A DNA stretch of 63,816 bases, the filler included, from Bigelowiella natans CCMP2755 (taxonomy: Eukaryota > Protista > Cercozoa): the NCBI GenBank assembly GCA_000320545.1. It is 6 parts of 6 records of this genome, joined end to end, with 100 filler letters (N's around TTAATTAATTAA, not from the genome) between each part and the next. Parts side by side here need not be neighbours in the genome. Positions count along the whole stretch, not along the records: positions 37,073 to 56,967 come from ADNK01000463.1; positions 57,068 to 59,180 come from ADNK01001612.1; positions 59,281 to 62,694 come from ADNK01002897.1; positions 62,795 to 63,816 come from ADNK01003398.1; 2 more parts are not named here. One strand, given 5' to 3'. Below, in pieces: positions 52,141 to 63,816 of this stretch. The notes below the pieces were generated by a model. That model saw only the letters and a program-made list of their open reading frames with translations. It searched no databases and was not told where the DNA came from. Each line of letters opens with the position of its first letter. Positions within the stretch are counted from its first letter, which is position 1. Both the position numbers and the translations under genes were made by a program.

Positions 52141-55133
52141 ATAAATAAGGACATACGTACGCACATAATAAAAATTAGTAAGAAAAATCAACTTCTTCGT
52201 ACAGTGTTGGATCGAACAGTTGTTAAAACCTACTGGTATTATCTGAAGCAATACCTCATTCAAAACTTGTTTTTTCTGTAGCTCTCCGACAACCATCTTG
52301 CGAATTTTTTTAACTGCATATATACACCCATCTAATCGGTGGCGACAGAGAATAACTTCCCCGAATGCCCCACTTCCTATAGATTCCGTACGCTCGAAAG
52401 TCTACGACAGAATTTTGAACATCACATTAGTCTACAATAATTTTTGAATTATAGAAAAGATACAAAAATGTGAGTTTCTGTTAACCTCAAGAAAGAGGGA
52501 GCGTGCTGTAGAATAGACAGGAGGGCTCCTTCTTTTCAGACGAATGTCTTCCGGGAGCATCCCGTTGTAGTTCGTAACTGCCAACTGGAACTTCCCATCT
52601 TAATAAATATAAGCAAATACTTAGATTGATTAATAGTCGCTTAAAATTCGTTATACCCCCTCCCGAGGAGCTAGAACTTCCTTCACATACCGTCTTAGCC
52701 TAAATAAAGAGATATTAGGTTGCAAAATGCGCAGCATCCTCAAGATCGAAACCTTTTTTGCTGGCATCCGGGAAATTTGTAGTGTCTCGGCTAATTGAAA
52801 TTCTGACTTCTGTTTTATTTCCTGATCCTGTTATACAATATAGCTTATTCACGTCTTAGCAACTATTTTAAGCGAATTACCTGAGGGGTGCAAAAATCTT
52901 GACTTCCGAGTCCATACGCATCGCCCTGGGAGAATTCCTGGAATTCCAAGTTCAATGATTCAATGTCCAGCAAGTAAAATTTTATAGTCAAGCTCACCAT
53001 TTCGCAATAACTCCGTTTTTCTTGAATTAACTTCGATTCAAGTGCCTTAGCTAATTATTATTCCACGATTAATAAAAAAAGACCATTTCTAAATTTAAAG
53101 TTTACCACTAAATCCACGGCTAAACTTTCCATGTTGAGACATTCTTTGACTGTAAGGAAGAATAATTAAGCTTGGACCTCTTTTAATTTGCGAATGTTTA
53201 ACCTTAAAGGCTGTGAAGGAAGCTTAAAGATAGAACTATCATTTGAACCACTCCTGCTCATTAATTTCTTGGCGCGAGCAACTGGTTTTGGAGCTGGTGG
53301 GGTTTCTTTGGCCAAAATTACAGACGATGATTCTAAAAAAAACAGAATGTCAAGGAGTTGTCGTTACTGAACTGTAAATTGAATAAACTTTTTCTCCTCG
53401 TCAGTTGAGGTGGCTTGTTTTGCTTGTTTTGGAGATTACGGGGCGCCCGGTTTTCAAAATCGTCGAAATTTGGCATTGGAGGTTTCCATTGGAAACCTGG
53501 AGATTCTGGTAATCTAAGATTTTCACCCTTTGATGGGCCGAAACTGTTGCTATTTATGTTCGTCCCCCTCCAACTTTGTAGATCATCATCATCATCTAGC
53601 TCATCTAAGTCTCCGAAAGCGTTGATCTCCTCCTAGATGTGAGATAAAAGATGAGATATTTTTTGGAGAAGAGAATCGTTCAAAGGACCTTGACATCTGA
53701 TAGATCAAACTTTGAGGGAGAGCGTATGCGACGACAAATCTGTGGAGATTCCTCTATTTCCTCGATCTCTAATAAATTTACACGTGTGATTAGGTTAAGT
53801 TGAAGAACAAACTTTTCCTGCTGTAATGGATTATAATCACAATTCTTTGCATTTCGTCAGATTCACTGGAACCTGCGTCACTCCCCGTCTGGAACTTTAC
53901 TGGGGTTGGTTGGTACTTTCTTGGCTTCGACTTGGGCTTTGGAACCAAAGCAAGCTGTAGACGAAAATCAAGAGTTAGTTCTTCCTGAAGAAAGGATTTC
54001 GTACACCCGCACCTTCAAAGGGAGCTGTCGCAATCGTGGTCTATGACGAGCGCTCATCTTCCCCTAATAAATCTGTTTGACGAATGTTTAGGAATCAAAT
54101 CGAATATATTACAACGAAAATGAAGAAATAGTTACAATGGAACAGATGCCCTCTGTACTCTTCGCTCCGTCCTGTAACAAAGAAAGATTACTCCACGGGT
54201 TGGTCTGGAGCCATTCGAGTTTAGAAACTCAATATTTATCGTGCTTGCTAATGTTTACAACAGAAGGGCAATTTACCACTAAGTCAGAGAATAATGCCAA
54301 ATTCCTTTTTTTCCCTCCTTGTTTATCTTCAAAGCTGTTTGAAATTGAGAGAAATTTGTCCTGACTAAGCGAATCTATGCGGAACCCCTTCCTCCTCTGG
54401 TGTGGAACTGAGATTTCTGCAGGCGCATGCGCAAGATCCAGGACAAATACCAACATTCATTTGAATGCCGTTTTTTCCAGAATTCCCAGCAATATTGCCG
54501 TTGGGAAAATTAAATATTTTGACTTTCAGCTGCAATCCATGGCGTACAGTAGTAACGACATCTCTAGTTGCTCGATGATTGTTTTTTGTCGCGACTCTGT
54601 TTCGAAGGGCATTTTAAATGCCCACGTCTTTCAAATTCTAATGGGAGTGCCAGGCTTGCTCTCGTGGGCTTTCGGGAATGGCCGTCGGAGCGGAGAAGTT
54701 GATGAGACATGGGAGCGTCGATATTTGGACATGAGACGTAGAAAACAGGGAGGTTAGGACCAAAAAATTCATCCAATTGGCTCCTAAGTTGCTTCAATGT
54801 AGATGTGAAGGAGGAGGAGCAGGAAAAGATCATCGTCGTAGATGGCTACTCAACTATCAACTATGTAGATTCATCTTTCGATGCTGTGGGTGCTTTCACA
54901 AACGAATTGTACACACACTCTAGGTATTCTGTAATCATTTGGAGCTTATCACTTTCGACCTGAGAGCATTTGCGGAGCGAATTCGGGAATTAGTTGCAGG
55001 TCTTCGTCGCCGTGTCATCATGTGGCAAGAACCCGTCCTTAGCTGAAACAGCAATATCCTCATTTTGGTAGCATTCCGACGATGTGGGTACACGCTTGTC
55101 TGCTTCTTCGACGGGTAAAAGTGGAATTTCCAT
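50705..55133 (-). CDS. WEE1: Wee1-like CDK-inhibitory kinase, many short introns; 5' end uncertain
   Basis: IGSGAFGEV, RLDGCIYAVKK, LNE|VFAMSAL, IVRYYNSWLEDD, HLDIKPDNI, YKICDFGLA, Wee1 signature EGDRHYL, DIFSLG; coiled-coil tail ending ...RRLKDQITCRGNGSFSGF*; long S/T/P-rich N-terminal exons. Confidence 0.87.
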
Positions 55134-55378
55134 TTTCTGTATCCTAATAATTTTGATGCAAGTCCTTTTTTATTGCATAGAATTGTGGACTCCGAGAAAA
55201 AGCCAATGTGGCTGCAGAGGCGGGCGAGAGTGGCGAATCAAGTGAATGAGGTCTGAAGAATAGATGCTTTATGGTCCTGAAACAAAAATCAATAACCGTT
55301 CTCGAAAGACGAAATCATCGGGCTGAGTTGAAACTATTACTTCCGCACCGTCCAATTTATAAAATGCATTGGATATGA

Positions 55379-56700
55379 TTGCGACGGCTCCTGGATAAAA
55401 TTCAAAGAAGTGCTTCATTGCAGGTGAATAGAGTATGCTGCAATCGAAGCGGAGCGCTTTGGAAGACAACGGAATTAGCGAGAGCAGTTGGAAGCTGGCC
55501 TCTTACAGCTGATGCTGTCAGGCTACTCCCCCAAGCGTTCCAAAGAGCGGGATGTGAAGTTATATTTTGCAAAGAAGAAGTAGTCTTTGAGTTTACTTTG
55601 TCTTTTCTCTGTCCTCTACTTGGAAGATGTGGTTCACCTACAAAATTATTACAGGCTGATAGATGCATAGTTCAATATGCGCTCGATGTTGAAGCCAGTG
55701 CTGTTTTGTCGGCAGACTCGGTGGTGGCACTCCGATCAAAATATGCATGCGTGTTGATATTATCATTTTTATTGTTGTTAGTATCATCATCATCATCATC
55801 AATTATCATCATTATGCTATCTTGTTCTTCTTCTCCTCTCCCTCTCTCCCTCTCTCTCTCTCTTCAACAAACAAATTGATTAGTAGAAGATAGATGTGGT
55901 CAAAGTCGCAGAACTGATGATTCCATTCGATGTTGTTGGATATATGATCTCAAGGATATGCTGATATTTCCGGTCAACGTCTTCCTAAACATACAGACCC
56001 TCATTGTAAGTGTGACAGTGATGATGATACTGCTGATAGGACGACAATTGTAAATTATGATGGTGTTGACGACGATGATGATTATTATGAAAATGGTGCA
56101 TTGACTGATCCTTACGAAGCCCCTATTACCAACCTACTTCCAGATCTCCAAACACGGTCTACGTTGTCGTTGTGTTCGGCGGACGAAGTTGATGTCTCGC
56201 ACCAAGATCCGCAAGTACTCTGAGTGGACAAAGCTCCCGCTTTGGCTGGGAAACGACGTCTTCCCAACGAGGACAAAGGTGCGTGTATTCAAAAAACATA
56301 GGACGAGTCTGAGAGAAATGTGTGCGTAAATAGCATGTATGCTATTGCATATCATGATTCCACATGATAAGTGGGTGTGTTCATACATCGGTCACAGCTG
56401 CATGCCGGAAAGGCCATTAAAGCACTTTCGCAAGGCCATAAACCTCCTGGAGCAAATTCGCCCGAGCTCATTAAGCAAGTGCAACGGTGAGACCTGTATA
56501 CGTATCATTGGCCATCAGCTCTTCATCATCGCCACCATCATGGTAACAATAATAATCATCATGATCATCATCATCAGGTATTACGCTGTGGACCAGAGAA
56601 AGATGAAGAAACAGCCGCAAAAGGGGGAGAGCGACGAGACCAAACAAGCATGGTTGTGTAAGTACTCTGTCCAGCTCGCTCATGGGTACGAGACAGAGAC
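55379..56700 (+). CDS. Asteroid/FAM120-like XPG-I (PIN-fold) nuclease domain protein; partial
   Basis: Spliced FQRAGCEVIFCKEE|ADRCIVQYALDVEASAVLSADS|DMLIFP and WLGND match the XPG-I EAD...VLSxDSD and LGND motifs. Runs into low-quality sequence and a spacer. Confidence 0.68.
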
Positions 56701-56967
56701 AAAGAGAGGAGGGGGGGGGGGGGGGGGGGGGGGGGGAAAATGGTTTTTGGGGGGTTCCCCTTTCAACTCCTTTTTGAAATTTTTAATTTTTGCATTGGGG
56801 CCCTCACCCCCCCCCAAGGGGTTTTTTCCCCACCCCCAATTAAAACAAAAGGGTTCAAAAAATTTTTCGGGGAACCCTTTTTCAAATGGTTGGGGGTAAA
56901 AAAAAATCCCCGGGTTCATTCTGTGGGAGCAAATAAAGAGGCCAACAACCCCAAAAAATTGGGGCAA

Positions 56968-57067
56968 NNNNNNNNNNNNNNNNNNNNNNNNNNNNNNNNN
57001 NNNNNNNNNNNTTAATTAATTAANNNNNNNNNNNNNNNNNNNNNNNNNNNNNNNNNNNNNNNNNNNN
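56968..57067. other. Artificial assembly spacer
   Basis: 44N-TTAATTAATTAA-44N. Confidence 0.97.
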
Positions 57068-57421
57068 TCTCCTCCCCAAGCCTATGCCTCTTTTGTGGAA
57101 GTTAAATGCAAGTGCAGGGTGACCGTTTACATGCTTCCTGACAATCAGCTAAACGATACCTTTTGTGCGAAAGGCAGCAGGAAAAGCGATAAGGTGGGAT
57201 ATGAGGGTATATGTCCTCAACAAGTATTGGATGCAGAAATGGATTTCCACAAAAAAAAGACACTGCGGGGTGGAATCCCCCAGCACAATAGAACGATTTT
57301 AAAGAAATAGAATTGTATATATATATATATATAGGCCCCGGGTGGGGGTCAGGGAAAAAAATAGGCCCCGCCTTTTCATGCCCTCCTCCTTTTCAATCAT
57401 CATAATCATAATCTTTCTCCT

Positions 57422-58203
57422 CCCCCCCCCCCCCCCCACTTGTTCCCTTTTACAGAGCGTTTGACACGACACCACCCCCACTAGGATCACCATCGTCATC
57501 ATCATCATCATCATTGTTTGTTTATTTCTCCTGTGTCAGCACCTTGCCTTCCACTGTACCCGTCGATTTCATCTTGTGAATGGCCTTCGTCACTGCGCAA
57601 CGACAACAACAACAACAGCAGCAGCAGCAGCAAACACACTCAGTTCCCTTGCACCTCCCCCTTTGATGACAATGACAATGACAATAACAATGACAATGAT
57701 GATTATGATGATGATGATGATGATGTGGTGGTGGTAGTAGTACTCAGGCTGCTCTCTCTCATTCTCTCTCCCTCTCTCTCTCACAAAGGGGGGAAAAAGA
57801 AGAAGAAATCATGTGTGAAGGTGCTCTCACCGCCCGCCGCCGCAAAGATTCCAAAGAGCTCCGACAGGTCAAGCAGCATCTCCCTCGCCGTGGATGTATT
57901 GCCTGGAAATCCGACAACGAAGGCCTTCGCCCCTTCCTCCCCACCCCCCGTCATCGTCGTGTTGGTGCTGTTGGTGCTGTTGGTGCTGCTGCCGCGTCGT
58001 CCATTGCCCCCCCCGCCTATGTTCAGCTCCTCGCCGCTTGCAGTCTTCTCAAACAAGGGGCGGATGGGTGCGGACTTTGCTGCTGCTATGGCTGCTCCTT
58101 TATCGTTCAATGTAGTCGCATTCTTACCGCTACTGCGGTCTGATGATACGTCCTGTGCCGGCTGTATTATGCCCTTTACCTTCCCCTCGTCCTCCTCATC
58201 GTC

Positions 58204-58244
<41 letters not shown>

Positions 58245-59180
58245 TTCCATCCCCCCCCCCGGCCGCGGCCAAAAAGCGCTCGGTGTTCTACGGGACAGGG
58301 GATAGAACACCGCGTATACCAATAGCGATGATGATTAAATCTCTCCTCCCATTAAAATCAATTACAACATACTGCTAGTCCCCCCCCCCCCCCCCCCCAC
58401 TTGTTCCCTTTTACAGAGCGTTTGACACGACACCACCCCCACTAGGATCACCATCGTCATCATCATCATCATCATTGTTTGTTTATTTCTCCTGTGTCAG
58501 CACCTTGCCTTCCACTGTACCCGTCGATTTCATCTTGTGAATGGCCTTCGTCACTGCGCAACGACAACAACAACAACAGCAGCAGCAGCAGCAAACACAC
58601 TCAGTTCCCTTGCACCTCCCCCTTTGATGACAATGACAATGACAATAACAATGACAATGATGATTATGATGATGATGATGATGATGTGGTGGTGGTAGTA
58701 GTACTCAGGCTGCTCTCTCTCATTCTCTCTCCCTCTCTCTCTCACAAAGGGGGGAAAAAGAAGAAGAAATCATGTGTGAAGGTGCTCTCACCGCCCGCCG
58801 CCGCAAAGATTCCAAAGAGCTCCGACAGGTCAAGCAGCATCTCCCTCGCCGTGGATGTATTGCCTGGAAATCCGACAACGAAGGCCTTCGCCCCTTCCTC
58901 CCCACCCCCCGTCATCGTCGTGTTGGTGCTGTTGGTGCTGTTGGTGCTGCTGCCGCGTCGTCCATTGCCCCCCCCGCCTATGTTCAGCTCCTCGCCGCTT
59001 GCAGTCTTCTCAAACAAGGGGCGGATGGGTGCGGACTTTGCTGCTGCTATGGCTGCTCCTTTATCGTTCAATGTAGTCGCATTCTTACCGCTACTGCGGT
59101 CTGATGATACGTCCTGTGCCGGCTGTATTATGCCCTTTACCTTCCCCTCGTCCTCCTCATCGTCTCGCTGCTGCTGCTGC
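57422..59180. repeat. Apparently identical ~800-bp direct duplication (57422-58219 = 58383-59180, offset 961)
   Basis: Identical ORF translations at 57518 and 58479; both copies start at a poly-C tract. Confidence 0.92.
57543..58250 (-). CDS. Fragment of unknown gene (poly-Q/low-complexity exon plus a short exon), duplicated
   Basis: ORF 57781..58272 has a protein-like segment AFVVGFPGNTSTAREMLLDLSELFGIFAAAG ending at a gtgag donor; short exon TKAIHKMKSTGTVEGK near 57543-57592. Confidence 0.35.
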
Positions 59181-59280
59181 NNNNNNNNNNNNNNNNNNNN
59201 NNNNNNNNNNNNNNNNNNNNNNNNTTAATTAATTAANNNNNNNNNNNNNNNNNNNNNNNNNNNNNNNNNNNNNNNNNNNN
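59181..59280. other. Artificial assembly spacer
   Basis: 44N-TTAATTAATTAA-44N. Confidence 0.97.
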
Positions 59281-59369
59281 ATTCTAGAAGAGGGAGTGAA
59301 TCTGTTTTTTCATAAAGTCCTCGTGGAATTCAACGAGGTATTCTTGCATACCATAGCAACAAGACATGC

Positions 59370-59403
<34 letters not shown>

Positions 59404-59413
59404 ATATATATTT

Positions 59414-59459
<46 letters not shown>

Positions 59460-59544
59460 TTGAATACTGCTATTGAAATATAAATAGAGAGCAATATGTT
59501 TGTATAGTAGCATATCTACAAAATCTCTCCCCCCCCCTTCCCCC

Positions 59545-59597
<53 letters not shown>

Positions 59598-60008
59598 TGT
59601 GTGTACGTGATTTGTAACCACCACATATGTATCCTTGCACTTTCCCCTCCCTCCCCTCGCCCCCTCTATCTCTTTCTTCCTCTCTGTGCGTATATGAGTG
59701 TGAGAGAGCCGTCTTTGCTTACGTCGTCATCAGGGCAATTCGAGAAGTTATCGCAAGGAAAAGCGAATATCTGATTATGCGACACGCACAAAATAAAACC
59801 TCCTACTTGCGCCGGCATGATGAAGGCCTACTGCAACGTAATGAAGTCCTACTTTTCACGGTATGATCATACCTCGAGCCCGAAATCATGGTACTTCTCG
59901 TAGATGTCGTTCAGAATACCATATTCCTCCTGAGCGATGCCGTTTCTCGAAGCCATATTTACCTTTTGTAGTTTATTTGTGGAGATGTTCAGGCAAGGTT
60001 CTGAGCTA

Positions 60009-60053
<45 letters not shown>

Positions 60054-60761
60054 ATATGTACGGATTGGCGGTCCAAAGCACACGCATGCTCTCTCCGCGA
60101 ATTAAATGCAAATGTAGACAATGTGTGATTATGCGTGCTTTGTGTTTTTGTTACAAAGATAATCAATTTCTCTTGAAAGTCGCTGAGATGGATCGGTTTG
60201 CCTGCATTGTGCATAACGTGTTCATATACATAGAATATAAAAATATATTTATATAGAGTGTGTGTTTATGTGCTTGAATGTCGGATGTGCCACCAAAAAC
60301 CGTCAGCTGTCAGCAAATCGACACAACGTAGCTACGGATCATTGAACGCGCTCACCGTAAATGTCCTTGATTTTGAAATCGTAAATATCTCTCACTCCGC
60401 CATAGCGGTCGGTCAGCTGAGCGAGAGGAGGGGGGGAGTTAGAATCATTGTTTTCGGAATGCAAAATCCGATAAACGCTCTACCGAATTCGGCTGAGCGT
60501 TAGAAGATACAATCAGAGATGATCCTATGAGCTGACTCCCCGATATGGTGGCTCCGGCGAATTTCCGCCCACCATCCGTCCCCCAAATCGCTTGCCTCAA
60601 AGTGATCAAAGCCTAATTCAACGATAAAGCATGCAGCGTCTCTTCATTTTCTGCGCCTGAGAGAATGCGCTATACGATGAATGTTCTCCTACCAGACTGA
60701 TGAAAAGAGCTATTCGGGTTTGGCAACGGCGGTGACTTCCCCACTGGCCTCCTCCCACCAT
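59281..60761 (-). CDS. Glutathione-peroxidase-fold protein lacking the peroxidatic Cys/Sec; N-terminal hydrophobic leader; 3' end lost at spacer
   Basis: Exons splice to IYDFKIKDIY|GKPIHLSDFQEKLIIF|VNMASRNGIAQEEYGILNDIYEKYHDFGLE|IFAFPCDNF (GPx consensus IYDFxVKDIxG...VNVASxCG...LYxKY...GLEILAFPCNQF). Confidence 0.8.
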
Positions 60762-61150
60762 GCTCGGGTGGGAGGGCAGAGGAGGGCAGGGGTTGAGTCT
60801 TACGGAATATATGAAATATTCCAAATTATGTAGAATCTATGGCATTTTGAAACTACGACATGGAATTTTAGAATTGGAATAAGAAACATTGGCATTCACT
60901 AAATGCGACAAAGAAATCGAAGTATCAGACAGTTCAAATCGCATGCATTTTTTACGACAGATTGCATCTCATAGCTTACTAATTCTTAGACCAGTTTCCG
61001 GGAAATGATGTTGTTTATGTTGCCTTGCGTGCGCCTGGATAGACAATATTTTATCGATAAAATATTGAATATTTATACCCGACACAAAATGGATCTGCTG
61101 GCGCGTCGTCGTCACGTTCCCCCCCCCCACTCCCAAGCCGCCAGCACAAC

Positions 61151-61624
61151 ATGACGAGCGCAGAATCAAAGGGCCACGACGACATCGAACTATGCATTCC
61201 CCCCTCTCGAGGAATGACGCGTTTGGAGTGCGAGGGGTGGGATCTCCTCAGCTCGCAGCGCTCTACAAAAGTTGACATAGGAAAAGCTCTACTGCCTTGT
61301 AAAGCTCTTGCTCTGTGCAGAGGGAAGCGTGCTGGGGATAGAATTCCTTTTCTATCGAGACCGAGCCTGGGGCACGAATTTGCAGAGACAACGGTAAATT
61401 TCCTCGCCTGCATGCCCCCCCGCCGCCCCCCCCCCCAACCTCTTTCATCGCCGGTTCCCTGGTTTCCTATGGGGCTTATTAAAATTGGTGAAGGCATCTA
61501 CGAGGACGAATCGATGACTACTACGACGATCCGAATGAAATACGCGTGTGTACTGGTAGTTTTTGGGCCAGTGTCAGCGTACTGTAGATTTACGTATGAA
61601 ACCCTTGATGAGTTCCTTCCATAA
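61151..61624 (+). CDS. Possible hypothetical protein, divergent from the GPx-like gene
   Basis: 157-aa ATG-initiated ORF downstream of an AT-rich promoter-like gap; no motif recognised. Confidence 0.25.
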   Translation: MTSAESKGHDDIELCIPPSRGMTRLECEGWDLLSSQRSTKVDIGKALLPCKALALCRGKRAGDRIPFLSRPSLGHEFAETTVNFLACMPPRRPPPQPLSSPVPWFPMGLIKIGEGIYEDESMTTTTIRMKYACVLVVFGPVSAYCRFTYETLDEFLP

Positions 61625-62382
61625 TGAAGCTTATTTAACTGTTTTGGGGGGGGGGGGGGCTGAGTACCAAAAGCTTCCTCTTTCCGCCCCCCTCCCCTCT
61701 CCCTCTCTCTTTCCGATTCTACTTCGTTTCGCGTATTACTATTATTCCGCTGTCATAACACGCAATGCGAACGACGGGTATATCCACACAAATCAGTCGA
61801 ACGTGAGGGGGAGGAGGCCTCTTCCTCGGGTGGCAATGAAGAAAAGCTATCTGATGGAAGTTGACTACAAACTAATGATTAGATGTCCTATTAGTACAGT
61901 TGAGTTATAAAAGAAGAGAATCTTTGGTAAGGATCTACGTCTGTGGTGCTCTCCTCTTCACCCCTGTACTCTACTTCCTTCGCCACACAGACTTTTACAT
62001 GACACCACAGCGTCGAGCTGTAACGAGTTCCCGCATACACCAGCAAGCGTCCATTGTCTTTTCTCTGTAAACATGAAACACATTTCATATGCGTATGATC
62101 AAATTCGAACGTTTTCTGATTTCAAACGCCGTCAATTCAAATGCTATCTAGAGTTTCAACGGTCGCTTGGGACTTCGTTTAAAATGGGTATATAATCTCA
62201 CACAAACACGCAAGCGAGTGTGCAGGGTGTTCTTATTTGTGAGTCTCCTTCAAAACCGCCCAGGAGCCTCCCTTTTTAGCAGCAAAACGCTATGTTACGT
62301 ACGAGAGGAGTATGCGGAACGATGCGGAATGCTTGCAAGATATCAATTGTGTATACAGTAGCACCAACACACACGCACAATC

Positions 62383-62453
<71 letters not shown>

Positions 62454-62694
62454 GTTACATGTGCGACAACAGGATTTGCCTTGATAATAGGGCATGACAG
62501 TGAATCGAGTAAGTGACGCAATCTCTTCCGCACTTACGCAATATGTTGGATATTGGAACTAGATTGGAGAATCTGTACACGTCGTATACGTCTAGCTATG
62601 ACGTTCTGAATAAAATCACGCACTGTATATGCCTATTGATGCCAACAGAAAGGTGATGGATTGCATTCGGCCGAGGCGTGAGTTGTCGTTTCTT

Positions 62695-62794
62695 NNNNNN
62701 NNNNNNNNNNNNNNNNNNNNNNNNNNNNNNNNNNNNNNTTAATTAATTAANNNNNNNNNNNNNNNNNNNNNNNNNNNNNNNNNNNNNNNNNNNN
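62695..62794. other. Artificial assembly spacer
   Basis: 44N-TTAATTAATTAA-44N. Confidence 0.97.
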
Positions 62795-62856
62795 CGGCGA
62801 CGTTGCATCTGCATGGGGTTGAGTTGGGAGCATTCGTGGAGATTGGTGATGATGAC

Positions 62857-62892
<36 letters not shown>

Positions 62893-63816
62893 CTCACGAT
62901 AAATGTGGAGTGCAATATCGATTTGCGAAGCCGTTCTTTGCGTAAAGAAGCAGCAAAAGAAGAGATTTGCCCCCACCTTCCGCAATCTTCCATTGGTCAA
63001 ATTTCCTCTCCGCGTGAGCAAATAAGGTGTCAATGTAGTCCGAAGCTTCAACCACACGTAGAACCAAGTCAAAATCGCCCCCACCCGCACACAGCACAAG
63101 CACCGATACAACAGAGCACGCATATAAGCTCACAGATACGGCGCAAATTAAGTTTACGTGTACATGTGCTTCTAAAAGCTGTCAAAAACAGCTGATGAGG
63201 GAATTAATGCAACGTAATACGCGTATCTTAACGACACTAAAGTTTTCGAGTAAGAAACCTCGCAGCTCTGTAGGCTTTTTATACTTCTCGCCGTCTATGT
63301 TGGTGACAAAGGGGGGGAAGGGTGGGGGGGGGGGGGGGTTGGCCTGGGTTCACGGGCAGAATAGTAACTCGACGGTGAATAGCTATCAGTGCCTTCTCCA
63401 CGCACGTTTGTTCTTAAATCGTCTCGACGCCTCTCATTTGTTAAAACGCATTTACACTTCCATCAAGGGTACCTTGCCAAAGGAATTGGTAGCGAGAGCC
63501 CGCCAACATAATCAAGGACGTCTCCCCCTTCCGAACTACGGTGTTGGGGACCAAAAACAGTAAGGAGGGCAACGGGTATGAGCATACTTAAGATGATAAA
63601 TGAGCATACCAAATTGGTGCTAGATATAGCATGGGGGACATTAAAAACGTGACGGGAAGCCCTACTTTGGCCCCCTTATCAAAAAACAGGTTTTTGATGG
63701 TTTGCTATTCAGACCAAGAAACTACTAAAATGAATTCTAGTAGGACGACTATTACCTATACAATGACAACTAAGTCCTATATTTGGGGACTATTGTATCA
63801 CATTCTCCTTTTGGGA

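Noticed and set aside
56710-56967. Unusual homopolymer-rich ORFs after poly-G (also ~20810-21020)
   Set aside because: Run-inflated texture typical of low-quality sequence next to a G/C homopolymer.
57422-59180. ~800-bp identical tandem duplication as a biological segmental duplication or LTR pair
   Set aside because: Copies look identical even in microsatellite lengths, are bounded by poly-C tracts and a noisy segment, and end at a spacer. Most likely unmerged overlapping reads.
62795-63816. ORFs 62803..63195 and 63195..63563 as a gene
   Set aside because: May be exon fragments, but no motif or consistent splice model could be established.

Overview
Intron-rich eukaryotic (protist-like) genomic DNA. 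It consists of six contigs joined by five artificial 100-nt spacers (44N + TTAATTAATTAA + 44N), so synteny across spacers is not trustworthy. Most short six-frame ORFs are microsatellite noise; the real genes were rebuilt by hand from GT-AG exons. Recognisable genes: a GT37 (plant xyloglucan-type) fucosyltransferase; an atypical membrane-anchored tyrosine kinase head-to-head with a large PMP-repeat/Cys-rich/multi-TM surface protein carrying a 1-nt frameshift; 3' ends of a WD40 (TFIIIC-beta-like) gene and a MYCBP2/Highwire-like gene; a kinesin heavy chain; a GH3 beta-xylosidase; a SUV39/G9a-type SET methyltransferase; LipB; a GT31-like glycosyltransferase; RPN11; a Zn2Cys6-like transcription factor; a Wee1-like kinase; an Asteroid/XPG-like nuclease; and a GPx-fold protein lacking its peroxidatic Cys. 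The most striking non-genic signal is a 1.7-kb block (31081-32785) and a 0.37-kb block (16541-16911) almost purged of TpA except within CTAG, with CpG retained. This suggests targeted TA(H)->TG(H) hypermutation, a RIP-like process; that mechanism is inference. All family calls come from motif recognition, not database searches.
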